A DNA stretch of 64,000 bases from Phallusia mammillata (Eukaryota). Below, piece by piece: positions 13,343 through 25,100 of this stretch. The position numbers and the translations under genes were made by a program. Every line of letters begins with the position of its first letter. Positions within the stretch are counted from its first letter, which is position 1. The notes below the pieces were generated by a model that made no database searches, had not been told where the DNA came from, and was given only the letters and a program-made list of their open reading frames with translations. The stretch is taken from assembly GCA_965637545.1 (NCBI GenBank), contig OZ281496.1, positions 27,900,001 to 27,964,000 of the forward strand, written 5' to 3'.

Positions 13343-13421
13343 CCTCAGTTTGAGTATAGGGACAATTATGGAATACTTTGAATAGTGTAAGTTGTTACTT
13401 TATTTCCCTTCACATCATTAG
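13343..13421 (-). ncRNA. Candidate box C/D snoRNA with a guide against LSU rRNA
   Basis: The minus strand has a C-like box ATGATGT (13418-13412) and a D box CTGA (13348-13345). The 17 nt before box D pair with the conserved LSU segment UUUGGGUAUAGGGGCGA (yeast sequence, from memory) through 14 Watson-Crick and 3 G-U pairs. The terminal stem is weak. Confidence 0.45.
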
Positions 13422-13899
13422 AAACACAAATCAAATAAAGTTTAGTTATCATAGTGCTTTTGGTATTATTCATACAGAGATTAGCATTTGAACTAAATCA
13501 AGTTGATGAATGTGGAAATTTTATATGGTTCAGGTGTCCAGATAAAATCCATTTAAAATTAAATGCTATACAAACTACATGAACAATAAAAAAGCAAAAA
13601 ATATGAAAAGATAGTAGTGCTATTTTTTTATATTATTAATGTTTTTCATTATCATGTAGTTATTTAAAGTTTTATTTGGGTATACATATTTCCTTCACAC
13701 TGTTCACAGCCCACTACCCGCCAAAAACACACCAACCGTGGATATGCTGGTGATTTCACTCCCTCGTCGCAAACTTTTGTTCAACGATATTTTTTCATAT
13801 TAATACAAAATAGCTTTAAAATAACAAATAATGTTAAACCAATTTGAATTGTGGTAATACAAGCTCATTATTACAAGCAAACGTCAACAGTTGCATTAA

Positions 13900-14300
13900 A
13901 AATGCGCGAATTTGCGAATAAATATTCGGGAGTGAAATCAGACAAAGAATGGCGCCGACCAATCAGAGGCGCGCTTTGAGTGAGATCACGAGGACCAGGC
14001 AGTCTCGCTGCGAACGTTTTCATGTCGCCATTATTGGACTGTCTGGTGTGCGCGCAGAAAGGGTTCGTTTTGCTTCGAAGTTTTGAGGCTAAAAGCAAAG
14101 TTGTAGTTGTTTGTTAGGTGCCATTCGAAGACTTTCTGATTTGTTAACGATAATGAGGTAAAGTTGCAGTGGTTTTAGGTGCTAAATCGACAAAACGAGG
14201 CTAAAATGTAGAGTGGACGCGGGGTGTTGGCCCGCACGAGACGTGGCTCGCATAGTGAGCTGATCACGTGACCTCTCTCGCTCGGAGAGAGGGCGCTAAT
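13900..14300. promoter_or_regulatory. Probable promoter region upstream of KANSL1, possibly bidirectional
   Basis: CpG-richer island in AT-rich DNA, with a CCAAT box (13959-13963) and an adjacent ATGGCG YY1-like word. No transcript evidence. Confidence 0.3.
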
Positions 14301-16175
14301 GCAACAGGTCACTCCAAACAATAAGCATGTGCTTTTTATCCTTTTCGTAGTGTTGTGCTGAGTCAGGCTGATCGGAGAACATGAGTGTTTATTTATAATG
14401 ATAAGATTGATGTTGTACTTCATAAATTGGATCTAAAATCTAAGACATCAGGTAGTATAATAGATAAAACGATTGGTAAACAGTGGAATAAAACTGGCGT
14501 TAGTATAAGCACGCTGCTTTGTTGTTTTGGTTCATTTGCATGAAAGCATAAATTATATGTTGATAGTCATGGTTGTGCTTTTTTAGAGGAGCTATGTGCG
14601 TATTTGGGGAATAAAGCCAGTGTTATGTAAAGTAATTTATGATGCGTATGCGTACGTGTTTGTTAGACCTTGTTAGGTCAGGCTTCGTATGTAATGAACT
14701 AACTAAACCTAAACACACAAACAGTTCAACGACCTTTTTCTGACTGAACTTGTTCAAGCCTTATGTGCTTGTGTTGTCCGGAAATGCCAATTTAGTCCAG
14801 TTATCTGTTAACTTGAATTTGGAAGCATCGTTTGTACCTAACACAGGGCGCTTAATGTCAGGCTGCAATTAGAGCTTGTTTTCATTTACAAGCAGTTAAT
14901 CATTTTCGTCGAGAATTATCTAGAGTTGTTAGATGCGAAAATTTGTTCTAATGATGTGCATTTTGCAAGCTTGAACTAACCAGTTATTTCCGACTTGTAG
15001 AAAATTGGAAACTAGCAAGTAGCAATCGTATTCACCACGTGTTGCGAATGCTTTAAGATTGTAAAGGCAGGGCTTGATGGTATTGCGCCACGCTTGCGTG
15101 TGCGACAGTCCTCACTCATTATAGTATATACCTCAATGACCATTTCTGCTTGAAAGTCGATTTACTCCCTACATTGCGCTTTGGCATTTTTGGCGCTTTG
15201 ATGGGACTTGTTTTGCATATGGCGCTCAACACTCTTAACGGTTTGAGAGTTTCAAGGTCAACATAGAGTGCGTATGTCGCATTGCAGGTGTCCTTGGCGA
15301 ATCAGATTGCTGAATTATTCAAGCGTTTATCGTGTCAGCGTATTTGTGTGTAGTGGGTGCACCTCAAATAAACATTATGCCGGTGATGTGCGTTACACCA
15401 TATTATCATCGCCATTCGGCACATACGTGCGAAAAAGACTTCAAACCGCTTTTTCTAATGTTGACTAGTCAGGCGGCTTAATAGAGTTGCAAATGCTTCA
15501 TACAATATATTCCTCCTTTGCGTTGTGCGTTTTCTGTCTTGCGTTTAATACCCGCGCAAATTGTGCCATTGCCTCGGTCCTGAAGGCTGCAATTACCCTC
15601 TAAGGCAGATCAACGTGAAATTACCGATAAATTACGCTGTTATTTTCAATGTGTGGGCTCAGATTTGCCCTCTCTATATATATAGGTCGCAATTGTCATG
15701 TGTGTGTGAAGCCATGTTGTGTGATACTGCTGCTAAATTCCGTTTTGAATTTTTAACTTCCTTTTCTGGAGAATCTGCATGTTTAACTAAATACATCAGC
15801 ATCGTTTCACGAAAAAAATATTGTTGTTCCACTGAACAGTGAAAAAATATTTATTTGTTGTGTTTACATTATCTTTTTATTCTCCAGAAACTATGAGAAT
15901 GTTAGATTTTTACACTCAACTTTAAAAAAAACTGTACAAAACTGAAACTGTATCGCAACTGAGTATTTATTTACAACAAAAATCATTTTTGGCATGACAA
16001 ATCTTCGGTAAACTATCAGGTATGTATACTAAGATTAAGACTGTTTTTCATGATAATATCAGTGATGTTTAAAATTTTTGAATGGCCCTGATGTTTCTGA
16101 ATTTAGTGTTTGTCTTTCATTTTCCACTTGGCTTTTTTACATGCAGGAAATGCTGCTAGTTTTGTGATATGACGA

Positions 16176-19100
16176 ATGGACAAAAGTTTTGATGATAGTA
16201 TGGCTCCGGCCTTGCACACAAGTAACCACGATAACAACAGTGCTGCTATCAAGTATCTTCAACTTCCCCCAAATTCACCACAGACTAACATAACTGAAAA
16301 CAACACCATTTATGAACAGGTATTGTTACTGCAAAGGTGATTTGTTGCATCTAATAAGTACATGGTTCATTGTTTGTTTCATCATTACCACTTTCAATCT
16401 AGATGAACGGGGGACACAGCATTGATGATGCTGAGTCTGCAGCAAAATTGATACGTCAAGATGAAAATGAACTCCAACCAATGAAAGAATGCACAAACCA
16501 TGTGAATACGATTGATAACAAGGTTGTACAGTCAAATCGCTTGCTAGAACTCCCACCAAATGGAGGATCTGGTGATTATGTGTCTTCAATAACCATTCTA
16601 CAGCAAGGTAACAATGGCTTCCTGTACTTTATGTTCGATTATTTCACTGATAATAACAATAGCTTTTGTTGAAGCATTTGTGTATAAAGTGACTAGTATG
16701 ACTACGTATTAGGTGTTGAGCAATTTTGATAAATAAATTGTTATAGTTTGTTGTTAAGTTGATGTTATGTTATTATGTTAAAAGTTAATTTTTGTTTTGC
16801 GATTTCAGACTTAAAAAAGGCAATACAAAGTAAAAGCACCAAAAAGTTAGTAACATCTGAGGAGGTTAACGGAAGTGGCGATTCTGCCCATGAAGTTCAC
16901 AAGTCAAATGGATGGCGTTCTGACCATCAGGTGGACAGTGATAAATTTCACACAGGACAAACATCACCAACCACTGGACAACCTATACCAGAAACTACCT
17001 CGACAAAAACAGACTTTAATACAGACTCTTTAAAAGCTGTCTGTCATAAACCTTTGACTGCCAGTTTAATAACAAACTGCCACAAATCTGAAGAAGTAGA
17101 TAAAAAGTCTTTAGAAAACCAGGATAATATGGAAAATAAACATCTGGAAGACTTGGATCGTATTCAAATGGATATAAATTTAAATAGTACTCTTTGTGAA
17201 ACTAAATCATCTACACAACCGCTGTCTGTGATATCATCAACAAGTACAACAGATATAGTAGATACAAACTTGTCTTCAACATCAGGGAGGTTATTACCCA
17301 CTGTGTCAAACGAACCCTTGGTATCCCAATGCCAAGAACAAACTAATGTGACCACTGCATCTGGGACTGTACTGGATGTCATGGGTGTCTTGAGCGATAT
17401 ATGTGATTCTGTTGTAAGAATCAACAGTGACTCATCTGGTACTGCTGCTTCTCGTGATGGCTTGTGTAATAGTGCTTATGTCGCTGAACTGGAAGCTTTG
17501 AATATAAAGGAGACGTGTTTGACTGACCCAGACTCCATGGTTTCTTCAAATCTAAACAGTGTGCCTGGTATGCAAGGCTTGGCTCAAAGTCTCATTACTG
17601 GTAACCATATGCAAAATTTGCCGTTAAAACTAACAAACACTCTGCATGAGCTAGCAGCATCTCTTACTAGAGCACAGGGTTTGCCAATTGATAACAGTGC
17701 GCAAAAGGGTTCTGTAAAATCAAAGCGCAGGTCTTCCTCTTCTGCCAAAAGCCTAAATTTTGAAGAAACTGAAGAAGTTTCTGTAAGCAGGATTTCCAAT
17801 TTGGATAAAATTCATGCAACACAAACACAGCAATTCAAAGAAGTACTACGGCGGTACACTACCCAAAAGCACGACCTTACGGTTTTGCAAACACGTTTAA
17901 ATAAAATTAGGTGTGCTGCCGTAAATGTGAAAGTAAGAAATCAGTTACAGGAAGTGGCAACATGCTGTGATTCAAAGGCCACTGAAACCAGTGACAGTAA
18001 AACAAATAAAAACACAAAACCTGGACAGTTGTCAGACCAAGCAAGGTTTTTTTGGAGGGCAAAATTGCAAAGACGGAAACACCACCGGAAATATTCTTTT
18101 GATGGTTTGGATGGACATGCAAAACCAGGCAATGACCATGTGGACAGTTTAAACACTCACCTGGATAAATCTGAACAAATGTGCCATAAAACTGCTGAGT
18201 CACAATCAGGTATGTTACAATTTAAGCTAAGGGTTACATGTTGATATTACTCTATGTGCAAATACAATGTTGTTGAAGGTTTTATGCAGATACATTTTAT
18301 CATTTGTTTGTCCTTGAAATGAGATATATATTTACCTTTCTTTACACAAATTTTAGGATTATTGCGGAAAGAAGTACGTTTTGTGCAGTCATCTTTTGAC
18401 CCAGAACTTACTGATAGCAGTTCGGATGAAGATATACCTGAACGTGTTTACAAGTCTGGAGAAGGATACATACCCAGTCGTAAAACATTAAAACACAAAT
18501 CTACCCAACATCATCAGCCTGACCAGCATAAACGCAGGTAAAGATATTGCATATTTTTGTTATCCATGCACGATTTTTTATTTCCGGTATATATATATAT
18601 ATTTTCTGTATATATTTCCTGTAAAGTGTGTGAAGCCCATCACTTTATTAAATTTTGCAACCTTTAAAATGGTGACAAAATTAACCTTTTTCTGATCCAC
18701 AATCTGCCATTGTGCAATTGTGACAACTGTTTTGTGTCATGTTTTGGGGGCCAAATGAATGCAATGTGTAATGGTAAAACAATACATGTTGTGGCATATT
18801 ACTTTTTCCTTTAGATCTCCATCTGCACAACAAGTTTGGTTACAGCAAAGGTTATCAGTTGCTAAGCGATGGACTTGGCTTCAAGCACAAGTGTCTGATC
18901 TTGAGTTTAAAATTCGTTCCCACAACGAGTTGTATAGACAACTTCGATCAAGCAAGGTATGTTAAGTTTATTATTAGGGATGTGCCAAAACTGCAAATGT
19001 TCTGTTTGGTCGAGCACCGAGCATCTTACATTAATGCTCGGTGCTCGGCCGAGCACGCTCGGTGCATTGTGACGTCACAAAAAATCCCCTTTCTACGTTT

Positions 19101-22100
19101 AAGCTCTACAAGGTTTCTTACGTCATCAGCGGTGTATCAAGCTGCACATGCCCATGAAGTACGCGTTTTTTCCACCATCTAATATATTTGAAAAATCATT
19201 CGTTTTTGTTCATAGAAACCATTTCGAACACTAGTTACATATGTTAGCAGGGCATGAATACGCAAATTTACAGCTCGGGTCAGATTGTGCAACTGCTCGG
19301 CCGAGCACCCGAGTACTCGGGTTCTGGCTCGGCTCGGACCATCCCTATTTATTATACCACAGTCAAGATATTGCTTGAAATTGAAACATTTTGATTTTGT
19401 CCCAAAGCATTATGTTAAATGTCTTCTTAATTTTTTTTGCATATTTTTTTACTTTGTTTACTGTTGTTGGTACAATATGAAAATAACTGTTTGTTGTATT
19501 TTTGCTACCGAATTATTAGTTTTACATTTAAATGAGTGTTGGTTATTATGTTGCTACCAGGTTTAGTGCAATTATGTTGTACACAGGGTGAAGTTTTACT
19601 TGGTCATCAACAAGTATCAACATCATTTGTTGAAGGAAACCAAGAGGTAGGCAAAATTTTCGCGCACAGCAACACTTAACTAATAGCAATGTAGCTTTTA
19701 TGTTACACAAATTGTGTAAAACCACTTCAAAGTCAATACTTACTTTTCAGGCTTCTACTTTGGAATCAAACCACACTCCTTTGAAACTGACGTCAGCAAC
19801 TTCATCACCGTGTAGTGTTAGCAAGATGGTGCAAAACATTAATAAGCAAACTACTAAGTATGTTTTATTGCCTAAGCAATTTCTTTATTATGTGTATACT
19901 AGGTTAAGGTTGTTGTGATGGAAAAGAGATCAAATTGCAAGCATTGACATTAAGGGATTATTACTGGTTATGCAATTTACCCCACAAGGGGATTTATAGT
20001 TTTATGTAAGAGCTGTAAATCTCAAGACTACTTGGTTTCCTCATTTCTTACTTCTTTAGCAAAGTGAATTGATAGAAACACACAAGTGTGAATAAAAACT
20101 GTTATTTGCGTAACTAGTGTTACTTTCTCTGTTTACAAATATATATTTATGGTGTATGATCATTATCTGTTCTTCATATCTGGTGTTTAGCCCTTGTGAT
20201 TTTGTTGTGACTTGTTTAGTTAAAATGTCTATTGTTTTATTTAGTTTACTGGACAATCTGTCTCCTGTATCTGTGAGTGCTCAATCTCCAATGCCCTCAA
20301 CAGAGACATTTAGCAGGTAAAAATTTATAACCTTTACCTATGAAACCACAAATTCTTATTAGCTATTGCATGTGCAAAGCTTGCTATTTCAGTTATGACA
20401 TATTTTTCCTGTGACTGATTTGTCAGGTTTTACGGTTGTTAAACATTATACTTGTTTCAATGTTTTTTTGTGTAGAGTCAGTTTGTCAACATACATCAAT
20501 TCGTAACTCAACGCATTTCTTGTTTTAGGTCTCAGACGGATTCCATGCCAGTTTGCTCATTGCCTGTTGACTCTACATGTGTGGCAGCAAGAACACGACC
20601 ACTAAGTCAATCAGTAAAGTCTCGACCGTTGGTAAAAGCCAGAGACATTTTGCTAGCTTCTAGCAAGGTAAGTCCCTTTAACACCGTTGTTAGCCTCATT
20701 TTGTTCTTAATAGCAAATAAACTGATTTTACAATTAACCTTCTCCTAGGAATGTGTTTGATGTGGTTACATAGTAAAATTTGTTGGCTGTGTTTGCTGTT
20801 TAAGGTTTTACAACAAGAGATTTTCAATGTTGCACCCTAGGACAGTGGTGGGTCGCGCTGCAGTGAAAATGGGTCGCGCTGCAGTGATTCAATTCTGCCC
20901 AAACGAACTATTACTGTATTAAGTAAACATAAACGAATTTTCTTAATGTAGTAGTAAAGTCACCTCATTTGACACGTTGTACACTAAATGAACCAATCAT
21001 TACAACATACCGACAATGGCCTTCCAATTTTACTGTTACTCGCACAGCGATTGTAACGTCATAGCACGGGGAATAATAGGACAAGGTAATCTTGCGAAAC
21101 TAGACGTGGAGATGTAACAGTAAGCGTTTAAGGATGAGTAAGTATTCATACAAGAAAGCTTTTTAGATTTGGGATTCACTTCTATCAATGATCATGGTGC
21201 TGCAAAGCCACAATGTGTGTTTTTTTATGCAGTGTTGTCAAACGAATCGACCTCGTTAAGCCTGCAGCCATTTAGACCTGTGCAGACTCCTATGCGGCGA
21301 CGGCGTGGCCTCGAAATTGCAGTTCGTCTCGTTAATAATAATATTTAAATATTTTGATGTTTAAGGCTTGGGTCGTGAGATATTCATAATACTCAGATTT
21401 GGGTCGCGGTCAAAAAAGTTTGAGAACCACTGCCCTAGGAGGATGTACAACTTTCAAACTTTGTTTTCAGTTGTATTTTCCCAACCATTCTATTTACAAT
21501 ACAACATGTTGGTCGCGCTTAAAATAGAATTTCACTGGGCAATCACTTGATGGACTGAAAAGGATGTGTGCCTGGTCGACCCGAACGCTATTATGACGCA
21601 CTGCTTACGTCACAATTGTTTTTCTTTCTCAGTCGCTGGCTCCGTCTACAGTGGGCAACGACAGTCGCTTAATGGGCCACGATTTTGTACGCCGAACGCC
21701 TTTCCATCGCGGTGACGGTAAGCCTCTGGAAATTGCTCAGGATTCCATTCAGTCAAAGGCAGCAATACACGATCATTCGTACCACAAGATGCTTTCAACC
21801 GAAGAAGGTAAGGGCGTTAAGTTGCAAGGACAAACTTTTCCGTTTTTGACGGTTGCTTTTCATAAAATGTCCTACCAGCGTAGAGAACATACACACGATT
21901 TTTTAACTGTTTGGGTGTTACAATGTTTCTTTGACTTCGGAATTGGTTTACATAAACATGACCATTACTGTTATCTTGTGGTAACCTTGAATGCACCTGA
22001 CTTGTCTTCCAATGTTTTCTTTTTCGTGTAACTTAAAACGGCTACTTAAATTACGCACAAATGACCAACATCCAAACCTGCTTTCTTGTTTTCTCTGACA

Positions 22101-25100
22101 AGTGACCTATTTACGTTAACGGCCCAGCATTTTCGTTGCCATTTGGATTGCAATGCGTGTGTCAGACAACGAATTAAAAAAAAAGTTAGTATACGAGTCA
22201 ACCTGCTATTTTATGACTAACGCGAGTTTTGTTTAACGCAGATATACCTCTGTCCTTGCGACTTGGGTCGTTTATGAAAAGCAGTCACAAGTGGTACAAC
22301 GAAAAGATGACGAAACGCGAAAGACGACATGAGAAAAAGTAAGTCCAGTAACCAATAAAGAATTCCGGCGCATTTGCCGCTTGTGTTATATATAGACCTA
22401 TTGATATAAATTAACATCAAACGTATCTCATCAATTACTATTCCCTTTTGGTGGTACTTACAGCAGGACGGTATCATAGTGGTCGTAACTGTCACAAACG
22501 TATGGAAAGAACTTCTGGCAAATGTATTTTGCTCTATAAACTCTTTCAACTTGATATTAGCCTGGCAGTAATAGCTTATATATGTATGGAAAGAACAACT
22601 AACTGTCGTGAACTAAAAACCGATCAAGAATCCCGGCGCATTTGCCAACGTCATATGTCGGACTCGGACATACCGTATTGATTAGGAAATATATTTTTCC
22701 AGTTTCTGTCCCCTTTCGGTGTACGTTACTAACGCTACTTACAGCAAGATATAGTCAATAGTTGTACACTGAACTTTAAATATGAGTTTGGTATGTCCAA
22801 ATTCTAACCCCTACTTATTCATTGAATGCGCGTCACTAGCAGCTGTTTTGGTTATAAATGCGACTGAGGTTTTCAATTGCTTCCACGTCAGCATATGCTA
22901 ATCCATACATTTCTTCCTCATTTGAAATCACAACCTTCAATGCAACGAATTGCATAGGGTTACTAGGGAATTAAAACCATTTGTCCCTTTATAGTTAACA
23001 TGGTAATTTAGTGCATTTGACCGACAACAACAAATGTAAAAATTCAAGCCTTTTGTCTTTTTGGCAAATTCGGATTCGGTTACGTAACTTCTTTTCTTTT
23101 TCGCGCTGTGGAAAAACTCCTACCACCGCAGTAACATAACATTTCTAGTTACACCCACTTAACCATACATCGCGTAACACATTTGCCAAAATATCCTTTC
23201 TCTTTACGTTGATAAGGACTTTTCAGTAACTCAGTCTGAATGACCTGTCTCTTAACTCAGGAACAAACGTAAAAATTCGAAGAACAAAGCTGAAAGTCTG
23301 GCCGAAAAGATTAAGACCAGGTCGCGGTCGGCTACGGTTGTTTTGGAGAGAATCAAGTCGGTAAACTCGATGCAGAGACTGAGTTCGGGCGATTCTTTTA
23401 CCGCTGACAGCCACAAGCGACGTGGTAGCATTCAGGTAAGCATAGAAACTGTAAAGTTTCATCATGCTATCCCGAATCAAGCTCCAAAATCAATGTGGTA
23501 ACTAATTACATAGATAGGCATAACTTTAATCATAAACATAACTGCCAAGGAACTGCTGTGTTATATAGAACACATCATGTAGACGTATATACACCAGTTC
23601 CTTGGCAGTTGTGAATAAATTACTTTTCAAGTCCGTGTATGGTGTTCCTAGGCATAACTTTGATTTGGTTAAATTATTTTTTTCTGGTTACCAACACTAT
23701 GTACAATTATCTGTTTTGCTGTAATTGTTCGTTTTGTTATTTAGACAATGGCCGATTATCACAAGAGACAAAGGATGAATTCGGTTGATTCGGATCTTGA
23801 GAATTTCCAGTTACGTAGTGGAGCGAATACCCCGACACAAGACACCCATTCCAACCTGCAAGTACAGGTATATATTCGACCAAATCATGAAATGATTTTG
23901 GGCCTTGAGCGTTCTTGCAAACCAACAAAAACTACAACCGTATGAGTAAACCATGCCCACAAGAGCTTCTTTTATCAGTGGAGTGCTGTAATGGTTAAAA
24001 TACTACAGAACGGTTAATTTTTTTGACCTGACTTGGTTTTAGGTTGCGTGAGGACTTTTTACAGGGACTGCAGCAAGCCAGTGATCCTTGGAATTATTGA
24101 TGCGACTTTGCATAAATTCGAATTAGGGTTAACGTTACTTACAATATTTGAATCCCCACCTAGAGTTGTACGTCGGGTCTGACTTTTTTAAGATTTGGGC
24201 ATCAGTTAGGAAAAACGGACTTTAAACGGACCCGACATCACCCAAGGCTGCATTTGTATCGTAATTTTCCCTTGGTAAATCTTAACTTTCGGGCTTTTTG
24301 TCAAATTTGTGTTCTAGCCGGGTTTCGGACTTGTTTTTTGTGTGGACTCTGGTCCAAATTTCGAAAACCGCCTGCAAATCAGAATCTGATCCTATGGACA
24401 TATTCAATTGTTAAGAGTATGTCATGCACGTAATATTGCGAATCTGCTTGAGGCAAAACAGCAGAACGTTCTGACCACTAATCATTTGGCAAAATTACGC
24501 TGTGTAAAGGTTTCAAAAAAGTTTGCACTGCGCAGGCCTACAATGTGCCCGCTTATCATATTTCAAAGTATGCCGAAAATCCATACCTTGCTTCGAATTT
24601 GGTCACAGCTTTAGCCTTAGATATGCTAAGTTTGCATAGAAATGATGCCATTTACTGTTTAAGTTGGCGATTATAGTAACAGTTGTATGTATTTCTGCTA
24701 CCAAGTTTTTAAAAGGCAGATGTGGTCCGTTCCTTAGCGTTGTTGTCGGGAGTCGAATTTGTTTGTTTATTTTTTCAACTTCCCCTAATTTTCGTGACAC
24801 GCTACGTTTCATAATTAAGCGCCATTAATCACAACACTCACTAGCATGGACACTACTTGCTTAAATCTGTCCTAAATCTGTGAGGACATTGGCTATTTTC
24901 TACACGCAGCTTCGATACAAGTCGCCAGACATACCCTGAAAGTAACTTTCACCAGCGATACCGACAAATATTGTGTGCAAAAAGTGTTCAGTTAAAATAG
25001 CCACTATTTCTATTGCTATCTTCGTTTGAACGCAATGGTATGATTTGGAAAGAGGCGTTTGCGGCTTACTTCGATCTTCACATTTGTTTATGCCGTCTAC

